Shown here piece after piece: positions 1 to 9,629 of a DNA stretch of 33,122 nt (positions are counted from its first letter, which is position 1; each line of letters starts with the position of its first letter). Origin of the DNA: Nitrosopumilaceae archaeon (GTDB lineage: Archaea; Thermoproteota; Nitrososphaeria; Nitrososphaerales; Nitrosopumilaceae); NCBI GenBank assembly GCA_052389415.1, contig JBQTHX010000077.1, positions 1 through 33,122 of the forward strand, read 5' to 3'. Under the pieces are notes generated by a model. That model was not told the DNA's origin, ran no database searches, and worked only from the letters and a program-made list of their open reading frames with translations. The translations under genes were made by a program, and so were the position numbers.

Positions 1-71
1 ACTCATGATATGAGGCATGCAGCGGGATTTCCATGCCATTAGTTTTAAAACAAGTAATTGCTGATTTTTAC

Positions 72-138
72 TAGGCCGCAATGAAGAATCAGAGTTATAT
101 CTGAATCATGATGTAAAGGCATTTGTCTGAGCTGCCTA
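72..138 (+). ncRNA. Candidate archaeal C/D-box methylation-guide sRNA (dual guide)
   Basis: Terminal stem TAGGCCGC(72-79)/GCTGCCTA(131-138), 7 of 8 pairs; box C ATGAAGA 81-87; D' CTGA 101-104; C' ATGATGT 108-114; D CTGA 127-130; 12-13 nt guides. Confidence 0.8.
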
Positions 139-208
139 TTGCAGTTTTTTACGAATCCTTGATTTGATAAATTTGATTCGAAGAAAACCGTGTTAGAATG
201 TTACAGAG

Positions 209-230
209 TATATATAAAGCCCATATATAA
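209..230 (+). promoter_or_regulatory. Tandem TATA-like boxes upstream of tbp
   Basis: TATATATAAA at 209-218 (22 nt before ATG 241) and TATATAA at 224-230. Confidence 0.5.
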
Positions 231-240
231 GGAAGCAAAC

Positions 241-804
241 ATGCCTCAAACAAAACCTATAGTTAGTATAGAAAATGTTGTAGCTTCGGCGTCCGTTGAT
301 CAAAAAATTGATCTCAATGTAATAACACAGACGTTTCCAGATGTTGAGTATCATCCAGATCAATTTCCAGGATTAGTCTTCAGACTCAAATCACCCAAGA
401 CTGCAACGTTGATTTTTAGTTCTGGCAAGATGGTTTGTACAGGAGCAAAATCCGAAGAGCAAGCTATCAAGGCGGTAAGAAGCGTGGTGCAAAAACTTCG
501 AAAAGGTGGCATAAAAATCAAAAAAGATGCTGTCATTGTAATACAAAACATAGTGGCATCAGCAAGCCTTGGTGGTAAAATCCACTTGGAACAGGCTGCG
601 AGGACACTACCTCGAAGTATGTACGAACCGGAACAATTTCCTGGTTTGATACACAGAATGCTTGATCCAAAAACAGTGATCCTACTTTTTGCATCTGGAA
701 AACTAGTATGTACTGGTGCCAAAAAAGAATCAGAAGTATATAGAGCAGTACACAACTTGCACACTTTGCTTGAAGAAAAAGAACTAATGATCTATGAAAG
801 CTAA
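241..804 (+). CDS. tbp: TATA-box binding protein
   Basis: Two TBP repeats (IENVVASA...YHPDQFPGLVFR...LIFSSGKMVCTGAK / IQNIVASA...YEPEQFPGLIHR...LLFASGKLVCTGAK); start ATG 241 preferred over GTG 190. Confidence 0.97.
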   Translation: MPQTKPIVSIENVVASASVDQKIDLNVITQTFPDVEYHPDQFPGLVFRLKSPKTATLIFSSGKMVCTGAKSEEQAIKAVRSVVQKLRKGGIKIKKDAVIVIQNIVASASLGGKIHLEQAARTLPRSMYEPEQFPGLIHRMLDPKTVILLFASGKLVCTGAKKESEVYRAVHNLHTLLEEKELMIYES

Positions 805-826
805 ATCTGTAAGCAATTTTTCCGCT

Positions 827-1435
827 TCAGATTATGCCTATTTGTTTTTTAACACGCTCCAAGATCTGGTCATCAACTAATTTTTCTTTATGTAGTATAT
901 TTGCTAACGTCATAATGTCCGTAATTTCATATAATCTGACATTCTCAGTTGATAGTTCTTCTCGCGCACCCTCGAATCTGTTGATGATTGTAAATGCATC
1001 TGTTACTACTGCACCTATTTTTTTTAATGGTTTTATAGCATTTATCAAAGAAAGACCAGTTGTTGCAACATCATCCACAAGTAATACATTCATTCCTTTT
1101 TCTAATCTCCCTTCTATCACATTCTCAGTACCATAGTCCTTTGGTTTTTGTCTGATGTATATGAGCGGTTTTACAATCTCATAGGAAAGTGCAGAAGCTA
1201 TGACCAATCCAGAAGTAGGAACAGAAGCAATACAGTCGAAATTCTCAAATCCTATCTTTTCTGAGATTGAATTTTTGAGCATCTTTATCATCATCCTAAA
1301 CTGGTGTGGAAAGCTAGGCACTAACCGCAGATCTACGTAGTAAGGACTTTCCTTGCCGCTTGAAAGCTTGAAATCTCCAAACTTTATCGCACCATTTTGA
1401 TACAAAAATGTTGCAAATTCTTTGACAAACTCCAC
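827..1435 (-). CDS. pyrE: Orotate phosphoribosyltransferase
   Basis: FGDFKLSSGKESPYYVDLR, KPKDYG loop, PRPP motif LLVDDVATTG. Confidence 0.95.
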   Translation of the reverse strand: MEFVKEFATFLYQNGAIKFGDFKLSSGKESPYYVDLRLVPSFPHQFRMMIKMLKNSISEKIGFENFDCIASVPTSGLVIASALSYEIVKPLIYIRQKPKDYGTENVIEGRLEKGMNVLLVDDVATTGLSLINAIKPLKKIGAVVTDAFTIINRFEGAREELSTENVRLYEITDIMTLANILHKEKLVDDQILERVKKQIGII

Positions 1436-1485
1436 AGCAAAATTAACTATATCAGATTTATTTTAACTGTCCTATCCCTAGACTT

Positions 1486-2574
1486 ATGCCAGAAATTTGG
1501 CTTAATTATGGACCTACAGATATTGTATTAGACATCAAAGCAGAAAATCTTGACAAAAAAATTGACTCCAAAGGTGTGGTTATAACAGATTCTGAAATTA
1601 TTTCAAAATTAGACCAAATTGATCTTTCGAAGCCAACAGAGCTTGTTATTCTTGATCATTCCAAAACAGTACTAAAAATGATCTCACTTTTATTTGATAT
1701 GTGTAATCAAAAATCAATTTCAAAACCTAGACTTTTAGTCGAAAAACCTAGTATGTCTTTGATAAAAAATATTTTTTCAGATCCTAGTTTGACAATTACA
1801 GAATTTAGTGACAGTCAACTCTCAAATTCTAATTTAATATTTGTTGGAGAAATAGAATTTGATGGGCTATTTGGATTCAATACAGTTTCAACAAAATTGA
1901 TTAGAAAATTTGGGAAAGAACACATGCTTGCAGCGTACGAGAAGAGGAAAGGAAATCTTCCTGCACCTGGAGAGGATTTAGCAAATTTGGCAATAGCCCA
2001 GAAATTTACTGATACATTTGAAATTTCCGCTATAGAAATAGCTGGTAATTCTATGGGAATAATGAATCTCGAAATAGGACATCCATCGGCTACATCCTCA
2101 ATATCAAAATCATTTTTACCTACAGCGATCAATGAGGTAGGAAAAAATAGAACGGTGATAATCAGTCCTGGTAAAGAAAGTGGTAGCGAGACACTTGGAA
2201 GATCACTTAACTCACTTTGGAATTGTTATGATGCAATCAAAGAAGAAGGGCTTGCAATACTTCTAGCTGAATGTGGCAGAGGAGTAGGCTCTGAAGCTAT
2301 TCAACAGTATATGGAAGGAAGGATGACTCTGGATCGACTGAAAAACCCATCAAAATATGTTGACGGAATGGAAGATCTTTTATTCTTAACTGAAACAGCA
2401 AAAAAGTTTCAAATAGGAATAGTTTCTATTCTTCCAGAGTTTTATACAAAGGAAAAACTTGGAATGCTAGCATTTAATGGAATAAAGGATGCCATAGACT
2501 ATATCTTAAAGACACAAGGTATGCGTCAAAAAATTACTGTAGTTTCCGATGGAGCACATGTTCTGTTAAGGTAG
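1486..2574 (+). CDS. Conserved protein, lactate racemase (LarA)-like fold, probably catalytically degenerate
   Basis: N-terminal 'PEIWLNYG' and C-terminal 'GLAILLAECGRGVGS...VVSDG' resemble the LarA/DUF2088 family; catalytic residues not evident. Confidence 0.5.
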   Translation: MPEIWLNYGPTDIVLDIKAENLDKKIDSKGVVITDSEIISKLDQIDLSKPTELVILDHSKTVLKMISLLFDMCNQKSISKPRLLVEKPSMSLIKNIFSDPSLTITEFSDSQLSNSNLIFVGEIEFDGLFGFNTVSTKLIRKFGKEHMLAAYEKRKGNLPAPGEDLANLAIAQKFTDTFEISAIEIAGNSMGIMNLEIGHPSATSSISKSFLPTAINEVGKNRTVIISPGKESGSETLGRSLNSLWNCYDAIKEEGLAILLAECGRGVGSEAIQQYMEGRMTLDRLKNPSKYVDGMEDLLFLTETAKKFQIGIVSILPEFYTKEKLGMLAFNGIKDAIDYILKTQGMRQKITVVSDGAHVLLR

Positions 2575-3640
2575 AATTGAAGATGGAAGAGGAGCGCAGA
2601 TGATGGCAAGACCAATTACTAGAACAAATAATTTTTTTCGTTTTTTAGAAAGTGGTGAAATATCATCAAGCGGTCTTATCTCGTTTCTAGACATACTAAA
2701 GGAAAGTAAAAAGAATGCCATGAACCAATATCCAAGAATAAAAAGAATGGCAATACTGATGTACGTTGTGAGTTTGTGCAATCTTCTTCCGAAAGTTGCA
2801 CGAGCTATATGTCCTCCATCAAGCTGCCACGCCGGAAGAAGATTCAGGAAGGTTAGCAGAAATCCAAGCCATGCAGCATAAAGTACAGGTGACATGATTA
2901 CCTCCATTCCCTCAACAGCTTTCCCTGTGATGACAAGCGTGCCGCTCATGATTATACTTGGATGGATATCTACAAGTTCTGATTTAGAAAAAAGTGGTTG
3001 AGCTTGTTCATCTGGTATCATCGGAGAAAGATATGCACCATATGTTGAAACAATAATTGCTACAATTAGTCCTGCGATCGGTCCTGAAATTCCGATATCA
3101 AACAATATGTCCCTATATGGTAAAACTGCGTGACATGATAAGGGCGCCAAATGTAGGGATACCAAACACTGGTATGCCAGGAATAAAGTAAGGCCAACTG
3201 GTTTTCAGTTTATGCCACTTTGAAGCAATCATGTGACCTAACTCATGTATTCCTAATATTCCAATTAAAGAAACAGTGTAGAGTAGAGCAATTTCTATTG
3301 GTTCTCCTATTCTTACTATGTAATTTGCATCAACGGTTCGGTAATAACCATCAATCATGACCATGGCCACCGTCGCAGCAAAAAGTATTCGCGGTATCCA
3401 AGCACGCCTAGACTTGGGTGGATAAAACTTTCCAACTAAAAGAAACGTTCTTCCCTCTAACTTCTCTAGTCTTCCAACTAGGTTTTTTGATTCTAATCTG
3501 TGTGCAAGTTTTACAAATCTTTGTTTTAACCCATCTTGCTCGATCTCAAATTGAAGCACATCTAGATTTTGATTAATACTCTTTATCTCAAATATAGATG
3601 AAACAATAGATGTTACTTCTTCTTGTGAGGGTTCACTCAA
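2566..3640 (-). pseudogene. Site-2 (M50) membrane metalloprotease split by a frameshift near 3113-3118 (pseudogene or sequencing error)
   Basis: HELGH zinc motif in ORF 3113-3640; NLLPAWQLDGGH motif in ORF 2566-3165; the halves join as ...SFTI / RDILFDIGISGP. Confidence 0.85.
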
Positions 3641-3720
3641 TGAATATTGATTTCCATTTCATGAATTAATTCTTTTATTGGCTTAAAGTTAAATAATTGA
3701 TAGATGCAGATAATTCCAAA

Positions 3721-4221
3721 TTGCAAGTAGCTCTTAGAGAAATTGGAGATTGTATTATTAGAAGATGCGACCCTAGTGACTTGATTCCAGTAATGGAAAT
3801 TAATATGAAAACATTACCTGAACACTACTCTGACTATTTTTATGAAAGTTTGCTTGCAGAACTTCCGGAATCATTTCTCGTTGCAGAAGTTAATAGTAAA
3901 CTCGTTGGATATATAATGTGCAAAACAGAATATGGATTTTCTAATTTTAAGAAACTAGGATTTGTAAAAAAGGGCCATGTTGTTTCTGTAGCCGTGCTAG
4001 AGTCACAACGGAAAAAAGGAATTGGAAGAGCTTTAGTTGAAGAAGCAATAGCAGGAACAAAGATAAAAAAAGCAGATGAGCTGTATTTAGAAGTTAGATG
4101 TAGTAATAATGAAGCAGTCAGATTATATGAAAAAATTGGTTTTATCATAAAGCAGAGAATAAAATCGTACTATCGCGATGGAGAAGATGCATATCTGATG
4201 GCAATAGAATTCTTCTACTAG
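3721..4221 (+). CDS. rimI: N-terminal acetyltransferase (RimI/Ard1, GNAT)
   Basis: LPEHY, GHVVSVAV, RKKGIG acetyl-CoA motif, LEVRCSN, YYRDGEDAY; start TTG 3721 likely (ORF open from 3697). Confidence 0.92.
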   Translation: MQVALREIGDCIIRRCDPSDLIPVMEINMKTLPEHYSDYFYESLLAELPESFLVAEVNSKLVGYIMCKTEYGFSNFKKLGFVKKGHVVSVAVLESQRKKGIGRALVEEAIAGTKIKKADELYLEVRCSNNEAVRLYEKIGFIIKQRIKSYYRDGEDAYLMAIEFFY

Positions 4222-4257
4222 ATTACATTAAATTACTCTCGAAAAGATTCTAGGTCT

Positions 4258-4482
4258 GTGACTCGACAAAGAAACGTAGGAATAACTATTTTTGTATTGT
4301 GTATTGTAGGGTTTGTTGTATATGCCTATCTTCTAATGCTTTCAGAATGGAGTCCGATTGTTCTACAACTCTCAGTACTAATGGCTGTAGGGGGAATTCT
4401 AGGAGTCATATCATGGATTGGATACAACATGGCAACATCGAAACCTTCTCCATCATCTACAGTATCTGATGACAAAAAATAG
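4258..4482 (+). CDS. Small two-TM membrane protein
   Basis: 74 aa, two hydrophobic helices, 'WIGYNMATSKP' tail. Confidence 0.7.
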   Translation: MTRQRNVGITIFVLCIVGFVVYAYLLMLSEWSPIVLQLSVLMAVGGILGVISWIGYNMATSKPSPSSTVSDDKK

Positions 4483-4522
4483 ATTTTCGTGAATGTTAAA
4501 ATTCTTCGTGGCTCTAGCAAAA

Positions 4523-5356
4523 CTATAAAATTTTTGCATCAACAACGGTTTGATAATAATGAGGTCCAACTGGTCTCACCATTCTCCCACCAAGGAGTTC
4601 AGATTTTATCGGCATCACTTGCAAAAAATGTTGTTTTGATAACTCTACAGCATTTTGTCTTTTATCTGCATGTTGATGTGAATAATAATGAATTGTTCCT
4701 CCACTTTTTGTTGCTTTTATCGCTGAACCAAGAAACTCATCAGAGCGTTCAGGAAGAAGCATAAGAATTCTATCTCCTTTATTCACTAATCGTTCTTCAA
4801 TTATCTTAGATGCATCTCCAATAATTGGCTCAACCTGTCCTTTCAATTTGTTTATGTTAATACTTCTCTTGCAAAGTTCTATGGCATGCGGATTAATGTC
4901 AATGTTGTAAACAATGCATTTTTTTTTCTTGGCGGCAATAATTGAAAACATGCCAACCCCACCAAACATATTGATAACAATCTCTCCATCATTGATGATG
5001 TTTGCAATCCTTTCTCTTTCTGTGGAAAGTCTGGGAGAAAAAAATGCCTTTTGTACATCTACTACGAATCTGCATCCATGTTCTTTGTATTCTGTTTCTG
5101 TACTATCCTCTCCCGCAACCAGTTCTAGATTCCTTGTTCTAAAATCACCTTCCACTGGTGATGATTGGTAAAAAACAGATCTAGCAGTTTTTACTTTTTG
5201 TAAGAGGGTCTCTCCAATTATTTTCTTTTTAGAAATAAGAGAATCTGGTATTCTAATAACTATGATATTTCCAATCTGATCAAACGCTCCATACAACTCA
5301 GAAACTTCTTTTTCTGAGAGTATGCCTGAAACTGCCTCTTTTAACATTCGCGTCAA
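4523..5356 (-). CDS. trm5: Trm5/Tyw2-family SAM-dependent tRNA methyltransferase
   Basis: FDQIGNI, KEHGCRF, FFSPRLSTER, NMFGGVG motif I, DINPHA. Confidence 0.85.
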   Translation of the reverse strand: MTRMLKEAVSGILSEKEVSELYGAFDQIGNIIVIRIPDSLISKKKIIGETLLQKVKTARSVFYQSSPVEGDFRTRNLELVAGEDSTETEYKEHGCRFVVDVQKAFFSPRLSTERERIANIINDGEIVINMFGGVGMFSIIAAKKKKCIVYNIDINPHAIELCKRSININKLKGQVEPIIGDASKIIEERLVNKGDRILMLLPERSDEFLGSAIKATKSGGTIHYYSHQHADKRQNAVELSKQHFLQVMPIKSELLGGRMVRPVGPHYYQTVVDAKIL

Positions 5357-7137
5357 TTTCTATAATAAAAATGCCCTGACTGCTTTTGTTCTCGATCTAA
5401 CCTGCTTTCAGTTTTATTGACCCTCGGTCTCATGCTTGTTTCATCACGTCTGTATGTGATGTCTAGTGATCTTAGGAAACGATTCATTCCTTCTGCCTTT
5501 GATACTGGTGATGAGCCATGGCCCTCCTTTCCTGGAATCCCTTCAAAAATAACCAATGAGTCAGAAATCAGATCCATGAGTTGAATATCATGATCTATGA
5601 TGATTGCTGATTTTCCGTAAGAGCGAACAAATCTCTGAATAAGTTTAGCTATTGCAATTCTGTCTTCAACGTCTAAAAAGGCTGATGGCTCATCAAGAGC
5701 ATATAGATCCACTTTTTGCAAAAGGCATGCAACTATTGCCACCTTTTGTAATTCGCCACCTGATAAATTCTTGACAGATTTGTTGTAAATCTTTTTTATC
5801 TTTAATGGATCGACTACTTGCTCTTCTTCGATGGTTCCTTCTAACCCGCCTTCATTTGCTTTTTCCAAAAGTGAAATCACTTCAACATCATAATCATTAG
5901 TCAAGTATTGTGGCTTGTAAGATATCTTGATTCTAGCTTCCAGTGGACCAGAATCTGGTTTTTCAACACCTGCAATCATCTTCATCAAGGTTGTTTTTCC
6001 TAAAGCGTTTGCTCCAACTATACCAAGCACTTCATTTTTTCGCACCCTTCCAGCTTCTATGGAAACTAAAAATTTTGGATACTTTTTTTGTAAAGCCGGA
6101 TAGGTAATCATGTTTTCTGTCATAACAAATTCATCCGATGAGGTAGATGCGTCAAACCTGAACGCAGTGTCTCTAAATCTTACATTCTCATTTGGTAGAT
6201 ACCCATCCAAAAACACGTTAATTCCAACTTTGGCTGATAATAGATCTGCAACAATGCCATAGGCAGCGGGTTCGCCGTAAAGTACATCAACAAAATCACT
6301 GAGATAATCAAGTACTGTCAGATCATGTTCTACTACCATTACACTTTTACCTAATTTTGCAAGGCCTTGAATTACTCTTGCTACTCCTATTCTCTGAAAT
6401 ACGTCATTATAAGAAGAAGGCTCGTCAAAAAAATAAAAATCAGAATCCTTTGATGCCGCAACTGCAATAGCAAGTCTCTGCAATTCTCCTCCACTAAGTT
6501 CGCTAAGTTTGTTTTCCATAGAATTTAGCAAACCTAATTCTCTTACAAGTTCTGGCAAAACATTGCGTTCATCGTATCTTTCTAAAAGTTCTTTGGTAGT
6601 TCCATCAAAGACTTTCGCTAAATTGTAGACTTGTTGAGGTTTTATTGATGCCTTGATCTGACCATTTGCAATTTTTTCAAAATGTGATTTTAGTTCAGTT
6701 CCTTGAAAATTTTTCAAGATATCATTCCATTCAGGCGGTGATACATAATTTCCTAGATTTGGTTTCAGGTTTCCAGAAAGAATATTGACAATGGTGCTTT
6801 TTCCCATCCCATTCCTTCCAAGAAGTCCTATGACCTGGCCTTTTTTTAGTGTAGGAATTCTGTATAGCCTAAAGGAATTGATTCCATACTGATGAATTTT
6901 TTCTGTTTTCAGTTCTTGTGCTAGATTTACTATCGTGATGGCATCAAAGGGACACACCTTTACACAAATGCCGCAGCCATTGCATATGTTTTCATCAATC
7001 TGAGCTTTTCCAATTTCCTCATTTAGTATAATGCAATCTGCTCCTGACTTGTTTACAGGACAATACTTGATACATTCAAGACCGCATTTTTTTGGTTGAC
7101 ATAATTCTTTGTCTAATACAGCAACCCGATGAGTCAT
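5353..7137 (-). CDS. rli: Ribosome recycling ATPase ABCE1/RLI
   Basis: N-terminal FeS domain (CQPKKC...CNGCGICVKVCP) and two ABC domains (GRNGMGKST, LSGGELQ; GANALGKTT, LSGGELQ). Confidence 0.97.
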   Translation of the reverse strand: MTHRVAVLDKELCQPKKCGLECIKYCPVNKSGADCIILNEEIGKAQIDENICNGCGICVKVCPFDAITIVNLAQELKTEKIHQYGINSFRLYRIPTLKKGQVIGLLGRNGMGKSTIVNILSGNLKPNLGNYVSPPEWNDILKNFQGTELKSHFEKIANGQIKASIKPQQVYNLAKVFDGTTKELLERYDERNVLPELVRELGLLNSMENKLSELSGGELQRLAIAVAASKDSDFYFFDEPSSYNDVFQRIGVARVIQGLAKLGKSVMVVEHDLTVLDYLSDFVDVLYGEPAAYGIVADLLSAKVGINVFLDGYLPNENVRFRDTAFRFDASTSSDEFVMTENMITYPALQKKYPKFLVSIEAGRVRKNEVLGIVGANALGKTTLMKMIAGVEKPDSGPLEARIKISYKPQYLTNDYDVEVISLLEKANEGGLEGTIEEEQVVDPLKIKKIYNKSVKNLSGGELQKVAIVACLLQKVDLYALDEPSAFLDVEDRIAIAKLIQRFVRSYGKSAIIIDHDIQLMDLISDSLVIFEGIPGKEGHGSSPVSKAEGMNRFLRSLDITYRRDETSMRPRVNKTESRLDREQKQSGHFYYRN

Positions 7138-7214
7138 AAACTAACCAATTCTTTCGTTAATTTATACCTCTTATTCAAGTAAGATTAATACAGAAGATTA
7201 TGGAAGTAATATTC

Positions 7215-7333
7215 AAGCCGGCCATAGTGTTGGGGTCCGACCCGGTCCCATTCCGAACCCGGAAGTCAAACCCAACATCGCTGCTGTGTTACTAAGGTGC
7301 GAGAGCCCTTGGGAAGCAGTAGTGCTGGCACTT
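7215..7333 (+). rRNA. rrf: 5S ribosomal RNA
   Basis: GGCCATAG, CCCGGTCCCATTCCGAACCCGGAAGTCAAAC core, helix I GCCGGC/GCTGGC, ~119 nt. Confidence 0.96.
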
Positions 7334-7590
7334 TATTCTATTGCAACACTGTTTGGGACAGCTTTCCAGGTAGCCTCTGTGGGAATTGTAAAGTCAATAC
7401 CACGTCTTTTTGCATCGTATGGAAAATACTCTATGTATTCCCCTACAAGTTTGGTTATCTGCTCGTCGATTTCTTCGATTTTCTTGGAATCAGTGAAAAG
7501 ATATGGGATCTCGTTACATGCTATAAGGTAACCTTGTTCGTTTGGCGTGATTGAAAATGAAAGTTTAGGAATACGTGCACTTTTCTGCAT
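7333..7590 (-). CDS. Small protein with HicB-like N-terminal fold (putative)
   Basis: 'EQGYLIACNEIPYLFTDSKKIEEIDEQI...EY' resembles the HicB pattern; stop codon abuts the 5S 3' end. Confidence 0.5.
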   Translation of the reverse strand: MQKSARIPKLSFSITPNEQGYLIACNEIPYLFTDSKKIEEIDEQITKLVGEYIEYFPYDAKRRGIDFTIPTEATWKAVPNSVAIE

Positions 7591-7643
7591 ATGTATCTAT
7601 ATGGCATGAAAACGTAAAAAGATGGCGATTGCAGATATACAGC

Positions 7644-7772
7644 ATGGCAAGTTGCGCAGTCTGCGGTGAAAAGTTTGTTGACGATATACGGTTTTTGAAC
7701 CATATGATGGAAAAACATGGATTTAGAAACCCAAATAACTCAATGCCAGATAGAAACAGCCGAGGATACTAG
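7644..7772 (+). CDS. 42-aa C2H2 zinc-finger microprotein
   Basis: MASCAVCGEKFVDDIRFLNHMMEKH = C-x2-C-x3-F-x8-H-x4-H; in-frame ATG at 7644 within ORF 7575-7772. Confidence 0.7.
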   Translation: MASCAVCGEKFVDDIRFLNHMMEKHGFRNPNNSMPDRNSRGY

Positions 7773-7961
7773 TATTTCGAGTAGATAAAAGTCATTATTT
7801 TTTATAATAGGAAATAATATTTTTGCGTTATTGCCTCTGATCTACAATAACCATCTAGATGAAATTTAATGAAATAACTTTTTATTTGCTCCAAATACGC
7901 TAAAAATTGTGGATATAGATTCAATTTTAGATGTTCTAGATTCTCAGAATTTGGATAAGAC

Positions 7962-9629
7962 ATGGGACTGAATTACTATCACATTTTAAAACAAATTCGA
8001 GAAGCTCGCAAACTTGTCATAAAGGGGACCTCTACGGCAGGATCTGGTCATCCAGGTGGTTCTTTTTCTATGGCAGAAATAATGGGTTGTATATTTTTCA
8101 AATTTTTGCGATATGACCCAAAGAATCCTTTATGGGAAGATCGTGATAGACTAGTATTATCAAAGGGACATGCATCCCCAGGACTATTTTCAAACCTTGC
8201 AGTAGCTGGATATTTTGACAAAACAGAAATTGAAACTCTAAGAAAATTTGAAAGTCGATTGCAGGGACATCCTGATTTCAAATGTCCAGGGGTTGAATTT
8301 TGTGGTGGCTCTCTGGGGATAGGTCTATCTTTTTCTATAGGAATGGCTCTTGCAGCAAGAATTAATGGGAAATCACACCGAATCTATACTATAATTGGTG
8401 ACGGTGAGTCAGACGAAGGTCAAGTTTGGGAGGCTGCCATGACTGCATCAAAATACAAACTAGATAATCTCACAGTTTTTTTGGATAGAAACTTCATCCA
8501 ACAAGATGATTATACTGAAAAGGTCATGCCTCTTGATGAAATACTTGAAAGTGATGACATTTCAGAAATGTGGAAAGACGCAGCAAGGTGGAAGACAGGA
8601 GACAAGTGGAGATCCTTTGGTTGGAATGTTTTAGAAATTGACGGCCATAGAGTCGAACAAATAACTAAAGCAATAAGATCTGCTCAGCAGACAAAAGGAA
8701 CCCCAACAATCATCGTGTCACGTACCATAAAGGGAAAAAACGTAGAACATATGGAGGATAACCCAAAGTGGCACGGAGTCGCACCGAATCCAAAAATCGC
8801 GCCAATAATTGATCTAGAGCTTGACTGCCAATTTCTAATTGCACCGTCGATTATTGCAGGGGACATGACCAATTTGGAAAATGAAGTAAAACGAGCTGCT
8901 CATGGACGAGCTGATTTTATTCATCTTGATGTGATGGATGGACAATTTGTTCCAAATACTACCTTTGACCATACAAAAATCAAAGAACTAAGATCAATAA
9001 CACCAATTCCATTTGATGCACATCTCATGATAAGTGAACCTGTAAGACATGTTCGAAATTATGTTGATGCAGGCAGTGACATCATTACAGTACATGCCGA
9101 AGTCTGTGATGAATCAAGCTTTGGAGAAATTCATGACATATTGCGTTCAAACGAAGTGAGTGTAGGACTAGCCATAAATCCTGATACTGAACTTCCAAAC
9201 TGGGCTGAAAAATTCGTGCCTGACTTGGACCAGCTCATTATAATGTCAGTTGTTCCTGGTAAATCAGGCCAAAAATACATCGAGTCTACTCATGAAAAGG
9301 GACGGAGGATTTCAAGAATTCTTGCAGAAAAGCGATTCACTGGACTAATTGAGGCAGATGGTGGCGTGGACCTTTCTAATATTGACTCTTGTTTTTTGGA
9401 TGGAGCCAGAGTCTTTGTAGGAGGTAGTGCAATCATAGGTCAAAAAGATGTACGTGCAACTATAACTGAATTTAGAAAGAAGATCCAGCAAGCACGAAGA
9501 AAACTGTTGATACAGAAGGCACATGATCTTGGCGGTATAGATCTTGTCAATAAATGGATAGACCTGCATGAAGTTGGAAAGAAAAAGACCGAACTATTAC
9601 AAATTGCAAAGGAGGCAGGTTTTGTATGA
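7962..9629 (+). CDS. rpe: Transketolase N-terminal subunit fused to ribulose-5-phosphate 3-epimerase
   Basis: SGHPGGS, LSKGH, ThDP motif GDGE...N; then IAPSII, HLDVMDGQFVPN, DAHLM, MSVVPGKSGQ, ADGGV of Rpe. Confidence 0.93.
   Translation: MGLNYYHILKQIREARKLVIKGTSTAGSGHPGGSFSMAEIMGCIFFKFLRYDPKNPLWEDRDRLVLSKGHASPGLFSNLAVAGYFDKTEIETLRKFESRLQGHPDFKCPGVEFCGGSLGIGLSFSIGMALAARINGKSHRIYTIIGDGESDEGQVWEAAMTASKYKLDNLTVFLDRNFIQQDDYTEKVMPLDEILESDDISEMWKDAARWKTGDKWRSFGWNVLEIDGHRVEQITKAIRSAQQTKGTPTIIVSRTIKGKNVEHMEDNPKWHGVAPNPKIAPIIDLELDCQFLIAPSIIAGDMTNLENEVKRAAHGRADFIHLDVMDGQFVPNTTFDHTKIKELRSITPIPFDAHLMISEPVRHVRNYVDAGSDIITVHAEVCDESSFGEIHDILRSNEVSVGLAINPDTELPNWAEKFVPDLDQLIIMSVVPGKSGQKYIESTHEKGRRISRILAEKRFTGLIEADGGVDLSNIDSCFLDGARVFVGGSAIIGQKDVRATITEFRKKIQQARRKLLIQKAHDLGGIDLVNKWIDLHEVGKKKTELLQIAKEAGFV

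Noticed and set aside
190-240. N-terminal extension of TBP from GTG 190
   Set aside because: The region contains the TATA-like promoter; ATG 241 gives a normal TBP.
7215-7333. Solitary 5S rRNA as an anomaly
   Set aside because: 5S unlinked from 16S-23S is normal in this phylum.
7286-7554. Plus-strand ORFs 7286-7531 and 7297-7554
   Set aside because: They start inside the 5S rRNA and are antisense to a better ORF.
7773-7961. AT-rich intergenic region as an ncRNA or origin
   Set aside because: No boxes, repeats or stable stems seen; consistent with terminator plus promoter DNA.
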